Positions 57,191 to 64,000 of a stretch of 64,000 nt of DNA are shown piece by piece. Both the position numbers and the translations under genes were made by a program. Source of the stretch: Gemmatimonas sp. (GTDB taxonomy: Bacteria; Gemmatimonadota; Gemmatimonadetes; Gemmatimonadales; Gemmatimonadaceae); contig OZ257156.1 of the NCBI GenBank assembly GCA_965279375.1, forward strand, positions 3,008,001-3,072,000. Reading direction: 5' to 3'. The notes under the pieces are model-generated. The model saw only the letters and a list, made by a program, of their open reading frames with translations. It was not told where the DNA came from and made no database searches. Position 1 is the stretch's first letter, and the number at the start of each line of letters is the position of its first letter.

Positions 57191-58471
57191 ATGAACATCG
57201 AAATCGTCACGATCGGCGACGAGCTGCTCCTCGGCTTCACGATCGACACCAACGCGGCGCACATCGCGCGCGAGTTCTCGGCCTTGGGCATTCGCGTCGT
57301 CCGTCGCGCGACCTGCGGCGATGATCCCACCTCGATCGCCGCCGCCGTGCGCGACGCGCTCGAACGCACCGGCGCCGTCATCACCACGGGCGGACTCGGC
57401 CCCACCGCCGATGACATGACCAAGCCGTCCATCGCGGCGATCTTCGGCCGGGACATGGTCATGGATCAGGGCATCCTCGAAAATCTCGAGGCGCGCTGGC
57501 TCAAGCGCTTCGGCCATGCACTGCCGCCCAGCAATCGGCAGCAGGCGATGGTGCCCACCGGCGCCACCATTCTCGCCAATCGCCACGGATCCGCGCCCGG
57601 CATCTGGCTGGAAGACGAACGCGGACGTTGGGTGGCGATGCTGCCGGGCGTGCCACGCGAGATGCGTGGCATGATCGACGACACGATTCTGCCGCTGCTT
57701 CGCGACCGCGTGGGCGCGGACTCCGACGTCATTCGCTCCCGGACACTCCGCACCTGCAACATCGCGGAGTCGGCCTTGGCCGACCGCCTCGAAGAGCTCG
57801 CGCGCGGCGTGGACGGCATGCCCTTGGCGTTTCTCCCCGGCAACGACGGTGTGGATCTGCGCATCACCTCGCGTGGGCTGCCCGCCCGCGAGGCCGAACG
57901 CCGGCTGGATGCCGCCGCCGCCCGCGTGCACCAGAAGGTGGGCCGCTACATCTACGGCGAAGGGAACGACGATCTGGCCGCCCTCATGCTCCTCGCCTGC
58001 GCCGAACGCAGCATGACCGTCGCCGTGGCCGAGAGTTGTACCGGCGGCCTGCTGGGCGGTCGGTTCACAGCGATCCCGGGTTCAAGCTCGGTGTTTCTGG
58101 GCGGCACGATCGCCTACAGCAACGAGGTGAAAATCCGCGAACTGGGCGTCTCCGCCGCGGACATCGCCGAGTTCGGTGCCGTCAGCAAGGTCGTCGCGCT
58201 GGCCATGGCGGCCGGAGCCCGTGAGCGCTTTGGTAGCTCGATCGGCATCGGCGTGACGGGGATCGCTGGCCCGGACGGTGGCTCCCCGGAGAAGCCGGTG
58301 GGTACAGTCTGGGTGGCCGTGGATATCAACGGGGATGCCCACGCCGCGAAGGCGGTGCTCCCGGGCGATCGGAACGAGATCCGCTACCGCGCCACGCAGC
58401 TCGGGCTGGATCGGATGCGGCGCGCCTTCGCGAACGAGTCCGACGCGACGGCATGGATGTCGCGATCATGA
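57191..58471 (+). CDS. cinA: Competence/damage-inducible protein A (MoCF-like plus NMN deamidase domain)
   Basis: IGDELLLG..IDTN, GGLGPTADD, LPGVPREM, AESCTGG, TGIAGPDGG. Confidence 0.95.
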   Translation: MNIEIVTIGDELLLGFTIDTNAAHIAREFSALGIRVVRRATCGDDPTSIAAAVRDALERTGAVITTGGLGPTADDMTKPSIAAIFGRDMVMDQGILENLEARWLKRFGHALPPSNRQQAMVPTGATILANRHGSAPGIWLEDERGRWVAMLPGVPREMRGMIDDTILPLLRDRVGADSDVIRSRTLRTCNIAESALADRLEELARGVDGMPLAFLPGNDGVDLRITSRGLPAREAERRLDAAAARVHQKVGRYIYGEGNDDLAALMLLACAERSMTVAVAESCTGGLLGGRFTAIPGSSSVFLGGTIAYSNEVKIRELGVSAADIAEFGAVSKVVALAMAAGARERFGSSIGIGVTGIAGPDGGSPEKPVGTVWVAVDINGDAHAAKAVLPGDRNEIRYRATQLGLDRMRRAFANESDATAWMSRS

Positions 58472-58580
58472 GACGCGTCCCCTAAACTTCCTGTCTCTGT
58501 GCACGTATGGTCCGAGCGCGCCGCCCTCACCGGTGGGCGCCTTGGCCTTGCTGCCGCTTACGCGTTGACCGCTACCGACC

Positions 58581-59144
58581 ATGTCTGATCCAATGCAGGG
58601 CTCGCAGCCCGATCCGTCGTCCGCCGATTCGTCGCAGTCCCAGACCTCCGAGGCCACGGCCGTCTCCGACACCGATGGCATCCAGCGCGAGCTGGCCGAC
58701 CAGAAGGACAAGTACCTTCGTCTGGCCGCCGAGTACGACAACTTCCGCCGTCGCGCCGCCAAGGAACGGCAGGAAGCGGGCTGGCGCGCGCAGGGGGAGC
58801 TCGTACGCGGCATCCTCGACGCGATCGACGACATCACACGCTTTGCGCATGTGGACCCCACCACGGTGGACGCCAAGACCGTCGTGGACGGCGTGCTGAT
58901 GGTGGAGAAAAAGCTCTTCAAGTCGCTCGCGGGACACGGCTTCGAGATCATCGATCCGACGTCGCACCCGTTCGATCCTAACCAGCACGAAGCCGTCACG
59001 ACGATGCCCGCAGGCAGCGCGGAGGAAGACGGAACCGTCGGGGCCACGTTCCAGGTGGGCTATGTGATCAACGGACATGTGCTCCGCCCGGCGCGCGTCG
59101 TCGTGAAGCAGTGGCTGGGTAACACCGGCAACGCGACACACTGA
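58581..59144 (+). CDS. grpE: Nucleotide exchange factor GrpE
   Basis: LRLAAEYDNFRRR, FDPNQHEAV, GY...VLRPARVVV. Confidence 0.95.
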   Translation: MSDPMQGSQPDPSSADSSQSQTSEATAVSDTDGIQRELADQKDKYLRLAAEYDNFRRRAAKERQEAGWRAQGELVRGILDAIDDITRFAHVDPTTVDAKTVVDGVLMVEKKLFKSLAGHGFEIIDPTSHPFDPNQHEAVTTMPAGSAEEDGTVGATFQVGYVINGHVLRPARVVVKQWLGNTGNATH

Positions 59145-59146
59145 AC

Positions 59147-60307
59147 ATGGCCAACGGGAAGGACTTCTACGCGGTACTGGGCGTCGCGTCGTCCGCTACG
59201 GCCGACGAGATCAAAAAGCAGTACCGGCGCCTCGCGAAGCAGCACCACCCGGACAGCAATCAGAACGACCCCAAGTCGTCCGAGCGCTTCAAGGAAATCT
59301 CCGAGGCGTACACCGTGCTCGGTGATGCTGCCAAGCGAAAGGAGTACGACGACATGCGCCGCTTGGGCGCGTTCGGCGGATTCCCGGGGGCGCGCACGTC
59401 GCAGAGCCGCTCGTCGTCGCGCCCGTCGGGGTTTGGTGGCGCGGGCGCGGGCCCCGGTCAGCCTGGCCCCGGTTTCAGCAGTGACTTCGACGTCGGCGGC
59501 ATTGGCGGGTTAGGCGACCTCTTCTCGTCGATGTTCGGCCAGGGTGGCGGGGCACGCAGCACTTCCAATCGCGGCAAGACGCCGGAGCGCGGCCAGACGA
59601 TCGAAAAGAGCGTCGAGGTGCCGTTCCGCGTCGCTGCAACGGGTGGTAAGGTCCCCATCGAGATCGAAGCCAACGAAGAGTGCGGCACGTGCCGTGGCTC
59701 CGGCGCGGCGCCGGGTGCGTCACTGCGGCTTTGCAACGAGTGCAGCGGTCGCGGCGTGATCTCGTTCGGTCAGGGGAGCTTCGCGGTGAACCGTCCGTGC
59801 CCGGTGTGCATGGGACGCGGCCAGATCCCCACGACGCCGTGCCCCACGTGCAACGGCAGCGGCGAGACGCGCAGTAAGCAACGTGTGTTGGTGTCGGTGC
59901 CTGCCGGCGCGGAGACGGGCACCAAGGTGCGGCTCAAGGGGCAGGGCGCCAAAGGCGCCGGCGGCGGGCAGGCGGGGCATCTCGTCATCACGTTCGAAGT
60001 CATCCCCGATCGCTTCTTCAAGCGCGAAGGGCTCGACCTCGTGGCCACGGTACCGATCAACATCGCGCAGGCCACCCTCGGTTCGCGCATCACCGTGAAA
60101 ACGCTGGACGACAAGAAGGTCGCCATTCGAATTCCCGCAGGCACGTCGGCGGGCAAGCGCTTCCGCGTGACCGGGCAGGGGATCGACAAGGAAGGCAAGA
60201 AGGGTGATCTGCTGGTGGAAGTGACGATCACCGTGCCCGAGACGCTCTCCGACGCGCAGGAGAAGGCGATGCGCGAGTTCGCGGAAGCGGGCGGTCTCAA
60301 ATTCTGA
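59147..60307 (+). CDS. dnaJ: Chaperone DnaJ
   Basis: J-domain with HPD, G/F region, four CxxCxGxG repeats. Confidence 0.96.
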   Translation: MANGKDFYAVLGVASSATADEIKKQYRRLAKQHHPDSNQNDPKSSERFKEISEAYTVLGDAAKRKEYDDMRRLGAFGGFPGARTSQSRSSSRPSGFGGAGAGPGQPGPGFSSDFDVGGIGGLGDLFSSMFGQGGGARSTSNRGKTPERGQTIEKSVEVPFRVAATGGKVPIEIEANEECGTCRGSGAAPGASLRLCNECSGRGVISFGQGSFAVNRPCPVCMGRGQIPTTPCPTCNGSGETRSKQRVLVSVPAGAETGTKVRLKGQGAKGAGGGQAGHLVITFEVIPDRFFKREGLDLVATVPINIAQATLGSRITVKTLDDKKVAIRIPAGTSAGKRFRVTGQGIDKEGKKGDLLVEVTITVPETLSDAQEKAMREFAEAGGLKF

Positions 60308-60354
60308 CCGGCCTGCTGCGGTCGCGGCGTGCGACGCGGGCGTTCGCGCACGCA

Positions 60355-60807
60355 ATGCTGACAGCGCTCGCGCTGGCGGCGCCGAGTGTCGTGCGCGCGC
60401 AGGAAACACGTTGGGGCCGCTGCGTCGTTGGCATCAGCTACGGCGCGCCGCTCAAGATGGCGGTCAGCACGGCGTACGGTCGCGTGACCGAAGGAGCCGG
60501 CGACGGGCACGACGTGTGTCACTACGCGTCGGCTCGATTGGGAATCGGCGGCGCCCGCACGACGATCGGCACGATGCGCACGGTGAGCCGCTGGGGTGGC
60601 GCCGTGGGCGTGAGCGCGGGCGTACTGCGCACCTTTGGCTCGCCGCTTCACGCAAAGCGGTGGCGCAACTACGCCGGTGCCTCGGTGCAATTGCTCCCCG
60701 CGATCGTACTCGGCGGCGAGATCGGCTACTACGTGCGCTTGGGTGACGACGTCGCTGGCGCGCCCGCGCGCCGTCTCGTCACCTGGTCCGTAGGCTTCGG
60801 CTTCTAG
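60355..60807 (+). CDS. Hypothetical secreted protein, possibly a small outer-membrane beta-barrel
   Basis: Signal peptide (VRAQ), amphipathic strands, C-terminal Phe (VGFGF). Confidence 0.55.
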   Translation: MLTALALAAPSVVRAQETRWGRCVVGISYGAPLKMAVSTAYGRVTEGAGDGHDVCHYASARLGIGGARTTIGTMRTVSRWGGAVGVSAGVLRTFGSPLHAKRWRNYAGASVQLLPAIVLGGEIGYYVRLGDDVAGAPARRLVTWSVGFGF

Positions 60808-60810
60808 CGC

Positions 60811-61692
60811 ATGCGCACCACCTGGGAGCACGGGTGGTGGGACATCGAGACGGCAGCTCCGCACCCGTCGATCGCGCCGCAGGTAGTCGGCGACTACGTC
60901 GGCTGGACCGAACACACAGCCAATCCGGTGCGACGCATCGAGGCGGCGGGCACGATCATCCCGCTCATCCTCAACTTTGGCGCCCCATATCGGCTGCTGA
61001 GTGGCGCGGACGGCGGCCAACGCAGTCTCGCGCGCGGGTCGTTCATGGCAGGGCTCTACGACACCTGGGCCGCGGTGGACGGCGCGCATGAGAGTTGCGC
61101 GCTGCAGGTCAACTTCACGCCACTGGCTGCCTTTCAGCTCCTGCGCACGCCCCTGCATTTGCTCCACAACGGCAGCGAGGAGTTCGCCGCGCTGCTGGGG
61201 CGCGACGGCAGCACGCTGATCGAGCAGCTGGGCAACGCTGCCGACTGGTCTGCACGCTTCGACATCCTCGATGCGTTTCTGCGCCGTCGCCTGACCGACG
61301 CTCCGGCGGTGTCCGGAGCGATGCAGTGGTGCTGGCAGCAGATCGCCAGCACGGAGGGACGCGTCACCGTGCGGGAGTTGATGGCCCAAACGGGCTGGAG
61401 TCCGCGTCGGTTGATCTCGGAGTTCCGGACGCATTGCGGGGTGCCGCCGCGCACGGTGCTCGGCGTGCGCCGTTTCGAACACGCCCTCGCCCTCCTTGGC
61501 CATCGCGCGCGGCAGACGCCGTCCATGGCGGGTCGCTGGTCGTCCCTCGCCCTCGATTGCGGATACGCCGATCAGTCGCACCTGGTGCGCGACTTCACGC
61601 GGTTCGCCGGCTGCTCGCCAACAGCGTATCTTCGCGGCCAGCTGCAGACTGGCGGTGGCGTGGTGGACCTCAGCGCGCCGAGCGATCGCTAG
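60811..61692 (+). CDS. AraC family transcriptional regulator
   Basis: WSPRRL..EFRTHCGVPP...RF, LALDCGYADQSHLVRDFTRFAG.SP. Confidence 0.92.
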   Translation: MRTTWEHGWWDIETAAPHPSIAPQVVGDYVGWTEHTANPVRRIEAAGTIIPLILNFGAPYRLLSGADGGQRSLARGSFMAGLYDTWAAVDGAHESCALQVNFTPLAAFQLLRTPLHLLHNGSEEFAALLGRDGSTLIEQLGNAADWSARFDILDAFLRRRLTDAPAVSGAMQWCWQQIASTEGRVTVRELMAQTGWSPRRLISEFRTHCGVPPRTVLGVRRFEHALALLGHRARQTPSMAGRWSSLALDCGYADQSHLVRDFTRFAGCSPTAYLRGQLQTGGGVVDLSAPSDR

Positions 61693-61794
61693 TCGCTGAC
61701 AAAAAGCTTCAAGACGCGTGCGGCATCGCGCGGTAGCCTGCGCTACCCTCGCGCTCGCGCGCGCATTCGAAGTCTCTCCAGCGTCGGAGTTCTC

Positions 61795-62217
61795 ATGAGC
61801 AGCCCACAGCCCAAGATGTATCCCTGCCTGTCGTACCGGGATCCTGTCGCCGCCATCCGCTTTCTCACACAGGCGTTCGGCTTCGCGGAGTTGATGGTCG
61901 TCCCCGACGAATCAGGCGGCATCACGCACGCCGAGCTGTCGATCGGTCCCGAGGTGATCATGCTCGGCTCGTCCAAGCCCGAGCTGGGCTGGGTCAGTCC
62001 CCTCGATCTGCCGGCACGCAACTCGACACTCTGCGTGTTCGTACCCGACCCGGACGCGTTGTTCGCGCGTGCGGTCGCTGCCGGCGCAACCGTGGTGCGC
62101 GCGCCGTATGACACGCCCTATGGCGCTCGCGAATGCAGCGTACGCGACCCGGAGCAGCACGAATGGCACTTCGGCACCTATCGCCCTGTTGCAGCGACCA
62201 CGTCGACGAGCACGTGA
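61795..62217 (+). CDS. VOC/glyoxalase family protein
   Basis: YPCLSYRD..AAI.FL..AFGF, HAEL, YGARE..VRDPE...WHFGTY. Confidence 0.9.
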   Translation: MSSPQPKMYPCLSYRDPVAAIRFLTQAFGFAELMVVPDESGGITHAELSIGPEVIMLGSSKPELGWVSPLDLPARNSTLCVFVPDPDALFARAVAAGATVVRAPYDTPYGARECSVRDPEQHEWHFGTYRPVAATTSTST

Positions 62218-62253
62218 TGACACAAACGTGATGCAGTTCCAATCGAGGCGGCG

Positions 62254-63534
62254 GTGACGGGGAGCGCGGGTCGGGGATCGTTCCTCCGATCGCAGGCGGC
62301 GCACGTCACCGCTGGACTCATCAGCGGTCTGGCGCTCGGCATGCTGCTGGCGCAGCAGGAGACACCGTCTCCGTTCACGGTGCAACTCACGGGCGTGCTG
62401 GACGTGATCGGCACGGCGTGGATCAATGCCGTGCGCATGACGGTGATCCCGTTGGTGGTGCCGCTGCTGATCGTCGGTGTGGCCGGCTCGGATGATACCC
62501 GCAACACTGGGGCGGTTGGTGCCAAGGCGTTTGGATGGTTTTTGCTGCTGCTGATCACGTGTGCCCTGTGCACCTCGCTGATCGCGCCGGCGTGGTTCGA
62601 CTCGCTCACACTCGACCCAACGGCAACGGCGCGACTACGCGCTACGGCCAAGCTCGACATACCGTCTGCTGACGCGTTGTCGCTGCGGACATGGTTGCTG
62701 GGGCTGATCCCGCTCAATCCCATCAAATCCGCGGCCGACGGCGCGCTGCTGCCCACCGTGCTCTTCACGCTGCTGTACGCGTTTGCGATGGGGCGTATTC
62801 CCGCGGCGTCGCGCGCCGCGCAGATCGCCTTCTTTCGCGGCATGGCGGACACGATGCTGGTGGTGGTGCGCTGGATGCTCGCCGTTGGTTGGCTGGGAAT
62901 CTTCTCGTTGGCGGTGGTTCTGGGCGAGAAGCTCGGCGCGAATGCATTGCAGGCGATCGGCTTCTACGTAGGAGTGCTGATCGTGCTGCACGTCGTCGCA
63001 GTGGTCGGACTCTATGTAGTGATTGTCGTGTCGAGGCGTGTGCCTTTGGCACTCTTCGCGCGCGCGGCACTGCCGGCGCAAGTGGTGGGCTTTGGTGCGC
63101 GCAGCTCGCTGGCCTCGCTACCGGCGATGGTGAAGGGCGCGACCGATGTACTCAAGCTTCCACCCACCGCCACTGGCTTCGTGCTGCCACTCGGCGCATC
63201 CGTGTTCAAGCTGACCAGCGCGATCTACTGGGTGGTGGGCGCGCTGTTCATCGCCAAGCTGTACGGCATTGAACTGAGCAACGGATCGATCGCCCTCGTT
63301 GCTGCATCGAGCGTGGTGCTGAGCTTCAGCACGCCCGGCATCCCGAGCGGCGGCATGCTGCTCCAAGTGCCGCTCTACGGCGCGATTGGCCTGCCGGTGG
63401 AGGGCATCGGCATCATGATCGCGCTCGATACGTTGCCTGACATGTTCAAGACGCTGCTCAACGTCACCGCCGACATGCTCGTAGCGGTGATGACGACGCC
63501 GCGCGTTGCACCAAGCGACGCTCCGTCGGTCTGA
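62254..63534 (+). CDS. Dicarboxylate/amino acid:cation symporter (DAACS)
   Basis: MTVIPLVV, IPLNP, SSLASLP, FVLPLG, GIPSG, GLPVEGI, DMFKTLLNVTAD. Confidence 0.9.
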   Translation: MTGSAGRGSFLRSQAAHVTAGLISGLALGMLLAQQETPSPFTVQLTGVLDVIGTAWINAVRMTVIPLVVPLLIVGVAGSDDTRNTGAVGAKAFGWFLLLLITCALCTSLIAPAWFDSLTLDPTATARLRATAKLDIPSADALSLRTWLLGLIPLNPIKSAADGALLPTVLFTLLYAFAMGRIPAASRAAQIAFFRGMADTMLVVVRWMLAVGWLGIFSLAVVLGEKLGANALQAIGFYVGVLIVLHVVAVVGLYVVIVVSRRVPLALFARAALPAQVVGFGARSSLASLPAMVKGATDVLKLPPTATGFVLPLGASVFKLTSAIYWVVGALFIAKLYGIELSNGSIALVAASSVVLSFSTPGIPSGGMLLQVPLYGAIGLPVEGIGIMIALDTLPDMFKTLLNVTADMLVAVMTTPRVAPSDAPSV

Positions 63535-63564
63535 CCCTTTCTCCCTCAGGTTCATCTCAGGACC

Positions 63565-64000
63565 ATGCGCCGATACCTCGCCGTTGCCTCCACCGCCGCT
63601 CTCGCCCTGCTGACCACGGCGACCGCCCTTCACGCCCAGTCTCCTTTCGACGGGCTGCGCTTCCGCTCCGTTGGCCCGGCGGTGATGGGCGGGCGCATTC
63701 ACGACGTGGAGGTCGATCCCAAGGACCCCTCCACGATCTTCCTCGCGGCCGCGGGCGGTGGACTCTGGAAGTCGACTAACCACGGAATTCTGTGGACGCC
63801 GGTCTTCGACGAGACGGGCGAGAATTCCTTTGGCGATGTCGCGATCTCGCCGGTGGATTCCAGGATCATCTGGGCGGGCACGGGAGAGCAGAACAACCGG
63901 CAGTCCAGCACGTGGGGCGGTGGCATCTATCGCTCCACCGATGGCGGCACCTCCTGGACATTCCTTGGCCTTCGCGAAACCGCGAGTATCGCACGCGTGG
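63565..64000 (+). CDS. Secreted VPS10/BNR-repeat (glycosyl hydrolase-like) protein, 3'-truncated by window
   Basis: Own translation: signal peptide, FRSVGPAVMGGRI, GGLWKSTNHG, WAGTGE, GIYRSTDGGTSW. Absent from the ORF track because no stop lies in the window. Confidence 0.85.
   Translation, partial: MRRYLAVASTAALALLTTATALHAQSPFDGLRFRSVGPAVMGGRIHDVEVDPKDPSTIFLAAAGGGLWKSTNHGILWTPVFDETGENSFGDVAISPVDSRIIWAGTGEQNNRQSSTWGGGIYRSTDGGTSWTFLGLRETASIARV

Overview
Gene-dense, GC-rich (roughly two-thirds GC by eye) bacterial window. It is probably from a Gemmatimonadota/Gemmatimonas-like genome; this is inferred from gene content and order (dnaX-ybaB-recR-mglB-mglA-pgsA, many Ig/propeller lipoproteins), not measured. 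Left to right it contains: a sugar-utilisation cluster (Gfo/Idh/MocA, GH20, CutC, nucleoside-type MFS, DUF1080); a five-gene respiratory operon joining a GltD/DsrL-like FAD/FeS NAD(P)H oxidoreductase to a b6-type Rieske/cytochrome b/cytochrome c complex; a palindromic repeat element; several surface lipoproteins (Ig plus 14-blade propeller, Ig-Ig-cupredoxin, two paralogous lipoproteins of an unrecognised domain); a sigma2-like/FecR fusion; a DUF1800/DUF1501 pair behind a type II secretion operon lacking gspG; a tal-pyk-MBL-pgi-fba central-carbon cluster (tal frameshifted); ffs-dnaX-ybaB-recR-mglBA-pgsA; cinA-grpE-dnaJ; and AraC/VOC/DAACS genes. The most notable candidate system is the oxidoreductase-coupled Rieske/cytb operon. 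All calls come from motif recognition by eye; no searches were run.
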